Under the pieces are notes generated by a model. It was not told the origin of the DNA and ran no database searches. It worked only from the letters and a program-made list of their open reading frames with translations. A stretch of DNA of 64,000 nt from Eledone cirrhosa. Its lineage: Eukaryota. Each line of letters opens with the position of its first letter. Position 1 is the stretch's first letter. This document shows positions 11,706 through 24,053 of this stretch, one piece after another. The position numbers and the translations under genes were made by a program. The stretch covers positions 81,778,001 to 81,842,000 of the forward strand of contig OZ024743.1 in NCBI GenBank assembly GCA_964016885.1, read 5' to 3'.

Positions 11706-14700
11706 ATGACCTCCCTCAGAATAGGCAGCATAAATGCGCGTGGCTTGGGGTCGTCATGGAAGCAGGGCCACCTGCTCAACGACCTCGGGTCACTAAACAT
11801 AGATGTAGTGGCCATCAGCGAGACCAGAATCTCCGAAGCACGGGCCTTCGCACCGATCTTCGGCAGCTACGATGTGTACGCATCTCCCAGCCGTCCGGGA
11901 TCTATGGGGGGGGGGGGAGTTGCTCTGCTTTTTCGGAGAGGTTTGGATCTTGCCATACGGGCCATCTTCCTGGACCCAGAAGGTAAGTTGGTAGTGCTGG
12001 ATGTGACCAGCGGAGACGGGCAAGCTTTCAGGTTAGTGGCCGTCTATGCCCCGACAGGAGCAGGGCGGCCTGATTTCTTCCGGCGTCTGGAGACCTTTCT
12101 TGAAACGTCCCGCTCTTTAGTGTTAGTGGGCGACTAGAACGGAATCTTAGATGCACGCTGGGATTGTGTGGGATTAGAGGATAGGGAAGGAGGGTGCAAG
12201 AGTCTCACCAACCTGCTCAGGCGTTTTGAACTGTCTGACAGGTACCGATTGGATTTCCCGAATGTACCAATGTGGACTTGGACAAATCGCATAGGGTCAT
12301 CCAGATCATATCTAGATAGAGTATTTTGTAGGGAAATAGATAGGTCTAGCATAGGCTGTCCACAATTCAAGATTGTCAGCTACACAGACCACAAATTCGT
12401 GATCTGTGTGCTTGACTTAGATAGGCTGCATAGACGAGGACCCGGCTACTGGAAGCTAAACGCGTCCTTACCAGCGCGCAAGGCCTACAGAGACCGGATT
12501 TGCGAACTAGTTAAGCGGGCGTTGACGGGGGCCATCGTCAACAACAAGTGGTGGTTTGCTCTGAAAAGAGCAATTAGAATAGAGTCCATTAGGTTTAGTA
12601 AGGCTTTAGCAATAGAGAAAAATAGAGCAGAGGGAGAATTAGTTAGAAGATTAGACGAGGCGTTTTGCAAAGGCATCGCGACCGACGTACTTGCGGCGAA
12701 ATTGGCCCTTGACCAATTCTTCAATGCAAAGCACGAAGGCTGCGTTGTCAGAGCTAGGGTGCGTGCTCTCAGACACGAGGGGACGAAAGCCGTTCAATGG
12801 GCCCGAGTGGCGGAGGCGCGTCGTGGCAACAAAGCCACGATCCGGTCTTTGGTGGACCACGACGGGCGCATGCTACTCGATCCCGGGCAAATGTGTGAAG
12901 CTTTTCAGCGACACTTCGCTCAACTGTTTGGGAGCAGTGGCGGGCCGGCTCAAGGGATGGACTTTAGTGTCTACCTCGACGGACTGCCGCGGCTCTCGGC
13001 CACTGAGGTGGAGTGTTACGAAAAGCCGATAACAGCCGCTGAAGTACGGGAGGCAATGACTTGCTGCACAAGGGGTAAATCGCCTGGTTTGGATGGTCTG
13101 CCCTATGAACTTTACGTACAAATGCCAGACTTGTTCGGAGGCCTCTTGGCGGACGTCTACTGCAACTGGCAACAGAACGGGAGAATTCCCAGCTCTGTGA
13201 GCCGAGGAGCGGTGGCGCTGCTGAGAAAGGATCCGAACAAGGGGGATAACATAGATAATTTTAGGCCCATAACTCTGCTAAACACAGAGTTCAAGATTTT
13301 GGCCAAGGTGCTAGCAAAGAGGTTGGCGCTTGTCGTTGGTGGTCTGGTGGGAGAGGCGCAGACATGCGCCATTTCCGACAGATCCATCCACGACAACCTC
13401 CACCTCATGCCATACATCGTAGAGAGGGTAGCTAGGGAACCTGGCACAGGTGGGTCTTTGATCAATTTAGATCAGTCGAAAGCCTTCGATAGGGTCGACT
13501 ATCGTTACCTAGCGGCAGTCCTGAGTGCGGCTGGCTTTGGGCCCGTCTTCAGAGGCTGGATCGCTGCCATGCACAGCGACATCTGCTCTGTAGTGAGAGT
13601 GAACGGTCACCTTTCGGAACCGTTCAACATCATGCGCTCGGTCCGCCAAGGATGTCCCCTCTCGTCCCTATTGTACGTATTGACTCTCGAGCCATTACTG
13701 CACAAACTGGAGACGTTGAGGGGGTCCCGCGCGAACTTGGATGCGGAAGATCCGTGTCAACATATGCGGACGATGTCACCGTAGTGGTGTCGAACGCCAA
13801 ACACATCGAGGCGATCGGCACTACACTAAGAGCATACGAAGCGGTGACAGGAGCAATGATCAACCAGGAAATGTCAGTGGGCCTGCAGCTCGGCACCTGG
13901 AGAGGCAGTTCCATGCCGTCCAACAGCGTCGTCGGGCGCTGGACGGACGGACCGGTTAAATTGCTAGGGGTCTGGTTCGGTCCAGACCTCCAGACGGACA
14001 AAAACTGGGACGAGGTAACGAGCAGGGTGGCTTCTCTCACCCAGAAATGGGCCGAGAGGAAGCTATCCCTGAAAGGTCGAGCGGAGGTGGCTAACGCGTA
14101 CATCGCGTCCGTCATCTACTACCGCCTGACCGTCGTACCTTGTCCTAAGCCCCGCCTGACTGCGCTGGAGCGTTTGCTCTTTCGCTTTTTGTGGAAGGGA
14201 CGCGCTCCGATGGTCAGGCGGTCCATCTGCTGTCAACACCCGCTACGTGGAGGGCTGGGCATGCCGTGGCTGATGATGCGCAGGCACGTGCTCAGGTTAC
14301 GACATCTCCACCTCTTCCTCGACGGTGATCAGGTGTGGTCGCCGTTTGCTAGACACGTCTTTCCCCAGCTCGTCTCCTTGACGGAGCTGCAGTCCTGGGT
14401 CAAGCGAAGACCGAGAGGGAGCACTTGGAGACTGGAATGTCTTCAGGCGCTCACAGCCCTTGACCAATCGTTCTATAGATGATTAGTGGAGGGGAAGAGC
14501 GACGACGTACTTGGAGAAACTCTAGGCGTCGACGAAAATCAACTAGCCAATCTCTTCGGAAGGACTTTCGGGCCGGAGCCTATGGACAACTTCCAGAAAT
14601 CCCTGGCCTGGCAGTGCTACCGGGGAGCTTTGCCAGTTCGAGATAAACTCTACAGGTATGGAGGTGCCGTCAGCTGGGCATGTCCGAGATGCGCGCAGGG

Positions 14701-14980
14701 CGACGAAACCGTCCTGCACGCACTCGTCCAGTGTCCGAGCATTGCTGACTTGTGGGTTTATGTCGAACACCTGCTGTCACGTGTAGGACGGATCCAGCTA
14801 TCAGCTGAGTCCATTGTGAGGATTGCCCTGCCCCCTTCCTTTAGCCGGGAAGGGCAGGCAGATTTTATCTGTCTGGTGGCCATGGCGAAAGAGATAGTAT
14901 GGTGGACCCGTTTGAAAGGGCTGAAGACGAGAACTTACCTCTTCGGTGATGTCCTGATTAACTTTTTCAAATTTCATTAA
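11706..14980 (+). pseudogene. Tx1 ORF2 (APE endonuclease plus reverse transcriptase), disrupted
   Basis: MTSLRIGSINARGL..ISETR..VGD* (TAG at 12135), YLDR, TDHK, SPGLDG, NFRPITLLN, KAFDRV, RQGCPLS, frameshift near 13720, YADD, CPRC..H..C; further stops near 14480 and 14978. Confidence 0.92.
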
Positions 14981-15027
14981 AAAAGGAAAATCAGGGTAGT
15001 ATTATTATTATCAACATCATCATTAAG

Positions 15028-15415
15028 ATGGTGAATTGGCAGAAAGGTTACAACGTCGGACAAAATGTTTTACAACATATAGTTAAGTCCTTTGACGTTC
15101 TGTGTTCGAATCCTGCAGAGGTTAGTTTTGCCTTTCATCCTTACGGGGTCAATAAAATACAGTACCAGTAATGTACTGGCGTCAATTTAATTCTATTTCC
15201 CCCTGTTGGCATTGTGCACAAATCAGAAATCATTATTGCTATCGGTAGAGGGTCGGACGCCATGCTTTGACGCATAGAATTACGGCCTTTGCCATTCTGA
15301 GTTCAAATCCCGCCAAGGTTAACTTTGCCTTTCATCCTTACGGGGTCGATAAAATAAAGTAGCAGTTATGTACTGGGGTAATTTCTGGCCTTGTGCCAAA
15401 AGTAGAAACAATTAT
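15028..15415 (+). mobile_element. Two tandem tRNA-derived SINE copies (family A)
   Basis: B-box GTTCGAATCC / GTTCAAATCC followed by the core GCCTTTCATCCTTACGGGGTCGATAAAATAAAGTA..CAG and the tail CTGGCCTTGTGCCAAAAGTAGAAAC. Confidence 0.8.
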
Positions 15416-15553
15416 TGCTTCGGAACTTTACTCTGATCTATGACTTCGCTTTTCATTCTTCTTGGGGTCCTCTTCCTAGGATCTATAAAATAAACTACTA
15501 GTCAAAAAGAGGGGAAAAAACCAAAAGATGAATGAGAGAGAGAGAGAGAGAGA

Positions 15554-15610
<57 letters not shown>

Positions 15611-15917
15611 GGTTTCTACAGGTTTGAAAAATTTGAAAGAAATTAGTGAATAAAAAGATATGACGGCTATCAGTGGCGAAAATAAATTAAGCTTCTGGAA
15701 ATCACTGTATACATACATTTTTATACTAAATATATATATTTGTATATTATATATATATATTTGTACATTATATATATGCGTGTGTGTGTGTGGGCGGGGA
15801 GTTATATACATGTGAGTGTGGGCGTATTTGTGAGAGAAGCACGAAATAGTTTTCAAAGAGATATCTGTGTATATAAGCAATCTTCTGCACATAACTATGC
15901 AAATATGCATCCAGATT

Positions 15918-15952
<35 letters not shown>

Positions 15953-15979
15953 AACCACAGACCCTCCATCTCAACTCTA

Positions 15980-16015
15980 CTTTTGAAAAGCAGAAAAACT
16001 GCGAAACCGGTAAAG
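15980..16015 (+). ncRNA. Degenerate type I hammerhead ribozyme
   Basis: CTT-TTGAAAA(core C3 and G8 mutated)-GCAG aaaaa CTGC-GAAA-CCGG-TA-AAG, followed by AATAAA, in an (AT)n-flanked island. Confidence 0.5.
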
Positions 16016-16073
16016 GAACCAAATAAATATATAGAGATATTTTTAAATAAGACTCCAGTTGCATTTTCTATTT

Positions 16074-16156
<83 letters not shown>

Positions 16157-16450
16157 TATGTATGTATGTATACGTACATACATATATGTATACAGACGTA
16201 CAGTAGTATGTATATATATATACATACATGCACACATATATATGCACGTATCGGTTTACCGAACATTTATTATAATGCTCGGTGTGTTTGTTTGTAAACA
16301 AACAAACAGCCCGAATTACGCCGTACATTCTATTCCATTTATCGTTTTCGGTGTGCCCGGCCGACTGAACTCATTCGATATGCAAATTAGGCTGCTCAGA
16401 CGTTAATATGCATAAGGAAAGTATATACTTTCAGACGTTCAACCATCTGG

Positions 16451-16509
16451 CAGGAAGGTATACGATGCTGACGATAGCTAATAAGCTTGAAACTAGTACA
16501 TCCTTCCTG
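16451..16509 (+). ncRNA. Type I hammerhead ribozyme, copy 1
   Basis: CAGGAAG gtatac GATG-CTGACGA-T AGC taataa GCT T-GAAA-CTAG-TA-CATC CTTCCTG; bulged stem I, palindromic stem III (ACTAGT), predicted cleavage after 16498. Confidence 0.8.
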
Positions 16510-16900
16510 TGTCAGTGTTGAACAAAAAGGTGACGTGTTTGGCTAAACATTGTACGGCGTAATTCGGGCTGTTTGTTTGTTTACAAACAAACAAACCGAG
16601 CATTATAATAAATGTTCGGTAAACCGATACGTGCATATATATATATGTGTGCATGTATGTATATATATATACATATTACTGTACGTCTGTATACATATAT
16701 GTATGTACGTATACATACATACATACTTACATTTAAGTAAGTGCCGTACTAAGAGTGAGAAATTAAATTTCGTTTCATTCTTTTCCATTTATCGTTTTCG
16801 GTGTGCCCGGCCGACTGAACTCACTCGATATGCACATTAGGCTGCTCAGCCGTTAATATGCATAATAAAAATATATACTTTCAGACGTTCAACCATCTGG

Positions 16901-16959
16901 CAGGAAGGTATACGATGCTGACGATAGCTAATAAGCTTGAAACTAGTACATCGTTCCTG
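16901..16959 (+). ncRNA. Type I hammerhead ribozyme, copy 2
   Basis: Same motif exactly 450 bp downstream; stem I ACGATG/CATCGT; predicted cleavage after 16948. Confidence 0.8.
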
Positions 16960-17233
16960 TGTCAGTGTTGAACAAAAAGGTGACGTGTTTGGCTAAACAT
17001 TGTACGGCTTAATTCGGGCTTTGTTTACAAACAAACAAACCGAGCATTATAATAAATGCTCGGTAAACCGATACGTGCATATATATATGTGTGCATGTAT
17101 GTATATATATATATACATATTACTGTACGTCTGTATACATATATGTATGTACGCATACATACATACATACTCTAATTTAAGTAACTGCCGTACTAAGAGT
17201 GAGAAATGAAATTTCGTTTCATTCTATTCCATT

Positions 17234-17312
<79 letters not shown>

Positions 17313-17420
17313 GAAAATTTCAGAGGGGTTAAACATTTTCCAATTACCCACTCTACTACCCTAAGTATTGAGTACTCTGGTGCGTTATGGTCCATCTTGT
17401 TCCTTACCACACCTCCTTCG

Positions 17421-17507
<87 letters not shown>

Positions 17508-17898
17508 TGCATGTGTATATGTGCATAAGTATGTCTTTTCAGAAAGTGAGAAAAAGGCTAACTCTGCCATGAAAGTACGCCAATGAGAAAGTAAAAACAA
17601 GCGAGGACAAGAGATATTGGTTGAGAGGATGTGTATGTATCTGTGAGCGCCCCTGTGCGTATATATATGTGTTAGCACTTCTGTGTTTGTATGTAGGTAG
17701 GTGTTAGCGCCTGTGAGTGTGCATGTACGTGTTAGTGCCTGTGTGTGTGTGGATGTGGGTGTGTCGGTGTGGGTGTGCGTGTGTGTGTGTGTGTCTGAGT
17801 GCATGAATATATAAATTGCTTTTTCTGGAAAGATAAACAAGAAAAGGTGTAAATATTTTATAAATTGGATTCTGAACTCAATGGAGCAACAGAGATAA

Positions 17899-18027
<129 letters not shown>

Positions 18028-18032
18028 GAGAA

Positions 18033-18091
<59 letters not shown>

Positions 18092-18356
18092 GAGAGAGAG
18101 AGAGGGGGGGGTAGAAAATTGAATAAAAATAATTTGGTAAAAGAGAGACCTAAAGAGATAGAGGGGGGGGGCTTGCCTTTAGATTGAAGAGAGGATGGAC
18201 GTGAAAATGAAAAATGAACAAAGAAAAATAAGGGGCTGAAACATTTAAAATGGTTTGAAAAGAAATATGTTTATCTCATATATATATGTGTGCTTGTGTG
18301 TGTGTGTGTCTGTGTGTGTGTGTGTGTATGTGTGTGTGTGTGTGGTGTGTGTGTGT

Positions 18357-18401
<45 letters not shown>

Positions 18402-18519
18402 ATATATTGTAACGATATCTACATTGCAAATACCAAACTTGAAAAATATTACATGGAGTTGATATGATTAATTAATCAAGTCGTTTCCCCAACATGGCCA
18501 CAGCCAAAAGATGGGAATA

Positions 18520-18695
18520 ATAATGGTTTCTGATTTAGACACAATGCCCACAATTTTAGGGGAAGGTGAAAGTCGATTAAATCTACCCCAGTACGTTACT
18601 AGTACTATATTTTATCGACCCCATAAGTATGAAAGACAAAGCTAACGTCGGCAGGATTTAAACTCAGAACAAGAAGGGCCGTACCGTACCTAATA
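18520..18695 (-). mobile_element. SINE family A copy
   Basis: TTTTATCGACCCCATAAGTATGAAAGACAAAG...GGATTTAAACTCAGAAC is the reverse complement of the SINE core. Confidence 0.7.
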
Positions 18696-18696
18696 C

Positions 18697-18848
<152 letters not shown>

Positions 18849-18865
18849 ATGTCTGTGTATGCATC

Positions 18866-19436
18866 TATGTTTGAAGGTGCGTTGAATTGGGCGAAGGTGT
18901 CCACCACACGAACCAAAAATGCAGTACCGGGACTATGTCAGGGGCACCTTGGCTTGCACTGAAATTTCATCTGACGAATGGGAGAAGTTGCTGAGGAGTG
19001 TATGAGTGGTGACGTTTGATCAAGTTAGGAAGTGATCTGTTTGAAACTCGTCGAAAGGAACACCAAACACTGAAAATGAAGGTGAGGAAAAGGAACTGTT
19101 ATGAAGTGTCAGCTGTTGAGCAGCCTCTGGTTTGCCAGCATTGTGGTGGAGTCTGCCTGAGCAAAGCTAGTTTGACTAGACACGAACAATATCAGTAGAC
19201 CTCAGGTAGATTACGAACAGCATGATCTGAAAAGGAGTGCTAGCATGGGAGGTCTCAAAAGATACATGAGAACGCACAGTGAGAACCAAGCGGTGGAAAG
19301 TCAGAGGAATCTACAGTTGCCATGTATGTACCAGAGAATGCAAGTCTTTGGCTGCTTTGAAGAGCCACATTCGTGTCTCACAGTTTTGAACATTTCATCA
19401 AGCGATGGCAATACTCAAACACGAGCTTGCAGCCAT
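18866..19436 (+). mobile_element. RTE (BovB-like) LINE 3' fragment ending in up to three C2H2-like fingers
   Basis: PKMQYRDYVRGTL..EISSDEWEKL..RLIKLGSDLFETRRKEHQTLKMKVRK, then CQHCGGVCLSKASLTRH, SMGGLKRYMRTH and CHVCTRECKSLAALKSHIR. Confidence 0.72.
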
Positions 19437-19450
19437 CATATATATGCATA

Positions 19451-19539
<89 letters not shown>

Positions 19540-19695
19540 TTAGGTTTATTGGATCACCACTGCATAGAACAGGTCATTCCGTATGGTCAACCTCGATGTA
19601 ATATTATGGAGAGCACTCGACGTAATACAACTCACACGTCTTCGTTTTTGTTGTTGGTGGTGCGGAGTACGGAGATACTAATTATAATATATATT

Positions 19696-19747
<52 letters not shown>

Positions 19748-19899
19748 CATATATATATATATGTATATACGTATATATATATGACCTTCCCAAAGTATAA
19801 CAATATATATATATATATATATATATTGTGTGTGTGTCTATCTTGATAGATACATATAGAGATCAATATAGAGATAGATAGATAGATAGATCGATAGAT

Positions 19900-20873
19900 A
19901 TCTTTCTTTATTTGCCACAGGGGGGTACAAAAATGGGACATTACAAGACGTGACGGCGGGGGTTTTACATAAAAATCATATAACTTTAACATTAATAAAT
20001 AACAATAAACTATATATAATAAAATAACAATTGAAATCCCCAATAGGAGGGAACGTTACTGCAGGGTTGTTTTACACCCCGTGGATAGAACAACCCTCAA
20101 CACCAGGAACACGTTTTGTAGGTATTCCTGTCTTCCCTCTGTTTATCTTCCTCAACCTACAGGTTTATATACAGAGAAGGCCCATTCACTCGGGCCATTT
20201 TCGCCACATTCACCCACCTTTCAGCGAATTTACTGGGGTGTAGCACATCTCTCTCCACTCCCACCTTCCTTCTGAAGTGATACTTAAAGAAGGGGATAAG
20301 TTGTTGTCCGGAGAGAAAGGTGTTTGCCCTCAGTACTTTTAACCTCGTCCACCATATTACCTCTTTCGCCATAGACACCAGACAGAGGAAGACCGCCTCT
20401 CCTTCATTCTTAAATGAAAGCGGCCGGGTGATCCTCACGATAGACTCGGCGGACAACTGGATGCCTTCCACACGTGACAGTAGCTGTTCGACATAATTCC
20501 ATAGGTCGGTCACCCCTGGGCACTGAACAATTGCGTGCAGAACGGTTTCGATGTCCTGCTCACATCTTGGACAGGTCCTTTTGGCAGGATCTCTGCCAGG
20601 GCATCCGTGCCTGTAGATTTTGTCTCGAACTGGTAGAGCTCCTCGGTAACACTGCCAGGCCAGAGACCTCTGGAAGTTATCCATAGGCCCTGGATGGAAA
20701 GTCCTCCCGAACAGACTAGTCAGTTCGTCCTCCTCGATGCCTAGAGTTTCCCCGAGAACGTCGTCGCACTTATCCTCCACTAATCCCTATAGAATGTCGA
20801 AGTGGAGTCTCCACTGATTGCCGTTTCCGCTTGGTAGAGGGCTGTGAGCGCCTGTAGGCACTCGGGGTGCCAA
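19900..20873 (-). mobile_element. 5'-truncated Tx1 LINE (ORF2 C-terminus plus 3' UTR) inserted in (GATA)n
   Basis: ORF 20157-20780 is homologous to the ORF2 end (MDNFQRSLAWQCYRGALPVR..CPRC..H..C..RWVNVAKMARVNGPSL); 3' end GTGGCAAATAAAG; GATA repeats on both sides. Confidence 0.92.
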
Positions 20874-21282
20874 GATAGATAGATAGATAGAAAGGCAGAG
20901 AAAGAGAAATTAGATCGATTTAATAACAGAGGCACAATTTACTGATCCAGTTTTTGTGAAACTGGACACCGTAGGTTGAGTAAGGTGGATTAGAAACATG
21001 TTATGGAGCACATCATATCGATTGGTTTATAGGAAAGCCTCAAATATATGAAACAGGTGGATAACTATCAAGAGAGCCATAAGGATTCCAACAGTTAAGT
21101 GAAATATAGGTGGGATATTTACAGATCTAATCCCCCGGAGCAGAATATAGGGGCTACCCTAAACATTCATCTTGGTCAACATTCTTGGAGTTTGACCACC
21201 AAGAAAAACTGCCAACCAACAGAATTTAGACTTGATATGTGAGAGAGAGGGGGGAGAGTGAGGAAGTGTGAGAGAGATAAAT

Positions 21283-21558
21283 CATACCCACATATCTATT
21301 GTGTGTGTGAGAGAGAGGGGGTGAGAGAGAGAGGGGGTGAGAGTGAGAGAGAGAGAGAAAGAGAAAGAGAGAGGGGGATGAGAGTGAGAGAGAGAGGGGG
21401 TGAGAGAGAGAGAGAAAGAGAAAGAGAGAGAGAGAGAGAGAAGACTTACCCACATATCTATTGTGTGTGAGAGAGAGAGAGATAAAAAGAGAGAGAAAGA
21501 AAGAGAGAGCGAGAGAGAGTGAGAGAGAGAGTGGTGGGTGAAAGTGAGAGAGAGAAAG

Positions 21559-21589
<31 letters not shown>

Positions 21590-21645
21590 GAGTGTGTATG
21601 TGTGAGAGAGAGAGAGAGAGATAGAAGACATACCCACATATCTAT

Positions 21646-21704
<59 letters not shown>

Positions 21705-21722
21705 CACATATCTATTGCGTGT

Positions 21723-21782
<60 letters not shown>

Positions 21783-21797
21783 CCCACATATCTATTT
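21283..21797 (+). repeat. Compound repeat: CCCACATATCTATT(GTGT) motif five times, separated by (GA)n
   Basis: Motif near 21285, 21447, 21631, 21702 and 21783. Confidence 0.8.
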
Positions 21798-21835
21798 TCT
21801 CCATCATTTATAATGGTGAATACATTTATCGTGCA

Positions 21836-22804
21836 CTAGCAGTAAAGCCCGGCGTTGCTCGGGGTCGCTCAGTAGCTGTGTTAAAGTTACAATGTTAAGT
21901 TTCTTTCTTGGCTTAAAAACTGTAGTGTCTACTGTGCAGACTTGCATGTGGTGTTTTTGATTAATATTCCCTCAACCAACAATATGCCTTATGAAGTTAA
22001 GAAAACATAACGATAACCCGAATGTTATAACAAAAGAGGATGCTGGGGATAGAAACTGCACTGGTTATTTATTAACAAAGATCGAAAATGTAAACACTGC
22101 AACGCAGAGAAAAACATTAGCGTAACCAAATTATCAGTTATGTCTGTCTGCACGCCTATATCACCTCTCTGCACGACTGTCTGTCTGCACGCCTATATCA
22201 CCTCTCTGCACGACTATCTGTCTGCACGCCTATATCACCTCTCTGCACGAATGTCTGCCTGCACCCCTATATCACCTCTCTGCACGACTGTCTGTCTGCA
22301 CGCCTATATCACCTCTCTGCACGACTGTCTGTCTGCACGCCTATATCACCTCTCTGCACGACTGTCTGTCTGCACGCCTAACGAAATTTACAGATACATA
22401 TATTTTAAATAAACTTATATAATTTTTGCTTTTTTTTACGAAATATTTGCTTGTTTTACGTAGTCTTTAAATAGACTTGTTTTCAAGTAAAAATATTGTT
22501 TTAAAAGGCTTTTAAATGGAAATGAAGCAAAACGGAAGCTTATGTAAAGAGAACGTAAGACGCTACGCTGAATGTAAACAGAACAAAGGGAAATAACTGA
22601 TCACTTACGCTCAAAAATCGATACATTATATTCGATTTCGTCAGATAGGGCGGGTCAATTTGAAATTATTTTTTTTCCGATGTCTTCGCTAGGGCTCAAT
22701 GTACAAGTATAGCAATTTCGGTGCAATTCCGTGAGAGATTCTAAGAGGAGATGTGTGCCAAAAATCGATAGACAGACAGACAACCACAGTTTTATATATA
22801 TAGA
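21836..22804 (-). mobile_element. Non-autonomous Helitron (about 970 bp)
   Basis: Minus strand begins A|TCTATATATATAAAAC..(CTGT)n and ends with the GC hairpin CCCGAGC-AAC-GCCGGG followed shortly by CTAG|T: canonical 5'-TC, CTAG-3' and A^T target. Confidence 0.85.
22141..22380 (+). repeat. 37-bp tandem repeat (about 6.5 copies) internal to the Helitron
   Basis: Unit TGTCTGTCTGCACGCCTATATCACCTCTCTGCACGAC. Confidence 0.92.
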
Positions 22805-23413
22805 TAAGCTTAAATTATTTTGACGTTGCAAAATGAAATATGACAATACGAGTTCTAATCAAGTCAGGGAAAGTAATTTTAGATTTTCAATGTCATTCGT
22901 TACAGCACCCCCACCCTAATATCATGGTGACAGAGAATTCGAGAATCGATTTTAAAAAAAGATTTATTCGGATGTAGGTACGAGTTCAAATCATAGAAGT
23001 GCTGTAAGGGTTTACTTCCCAGTTCTCTAAGTCATACCACTTCCACAAATATATCTGTATGGTTTCCTACCATTCTCACGTCACATACGTAGTCGTAGAT
23101 TTTTAATAACACATTTTTAACCTCGAAATTACGAAGAATTCAAGAGACGATGAAACAAAAAAAGCTGTTTTATTCGGAAGTGGATGCGATTTCGTATCCC
23201 AGCCAAGGTACTGTTCTGAGGTACGTTAGACATGTCTATATTTAACAAGTCAGACAAAAAATTATTTACATAGCAACAATAGTGTCAAATTTACGATTGC
23301 GGTGTAATTAAAAATCTACAAAACATTACCAATTGGTGGTAAAGAGGCCTACCTTGTGATGTTCATCAAATTCCCTTCTTTAATTAAGGTAAACAATATT
23401 CATTTGACTGTAA

Positions 23414-23886
23414 TGATTGTTTCTACTTTTGGCACAAGACCAGCAATTATCCAGTGCATTACTGGTACTTTATTTTATCGACCCCGTAAGGATGAAAGGC
23501 AAAGTTAACTTCGGTGTTATTTGAACTCAGACCGTAAAGGGACGTAACTATGCTGAAAAGCATGGCGTCCGACCCTCTATCGATACTGCCAATCCACAAT
23601 AATTGTTTCTACTTTAGGCACAAGGCCAGCAATCACCCAGTGCATTACTGGTACTTTATTTTATCGACCCCGTAAGGATGAAAGGCAAAGTCAACCTCGG
23701 CGGGATTTGAACTCAGATCATAAAGGGACGTAACTATGCTGGAAAGCATGGCGTCCAATCCACAATAATAATAATTAGTAAGAGTAGCAGTAGTAATAAT
23801 TTATTGTGTTGCTACTGCATTACCGAGCACAACTCTGGGTGTTTTGGGCGTATCCAGTACCTAGTAGTGCTTATATCCATATCGCT

Positions 23887-23956
<70 letters not shown>

Positions 23957-24005
23957 GTAAAAGGTAAACAGAAATAACAACACAATCGGTACAGTATATG
24001 GAAGG

Positions 24006-24053
<48 letters not shown>

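Larger units (their letters stand above)
9470..14999 (+). mobile_element. Tx1/L1-clade LINE, near full-length, inactivated, 3' UTR missing, in (ATT)n
   Basis: 5' UTR, ORF1 with zinc knuckle, and ORF2 with APE-RT-cysteine domain; homologous to the 25.2-30.9 kb element; ends at FKFH*KRKIRV directly into TATTATTAT. Confidence 0.92.
16153..17235 (+). mobile_element. Non-autonomous Penelope pLTR / retrozyme-like module: inverted partial unit plus two tandem ~450-bp units between (TA)n tracts
   Basis: Units start at 16326, 16776 and (partial) 17220; 16153-16327 is the reverse complement of 16551-16729; each full unit carries a hammerhead. Confidence 0.8.
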
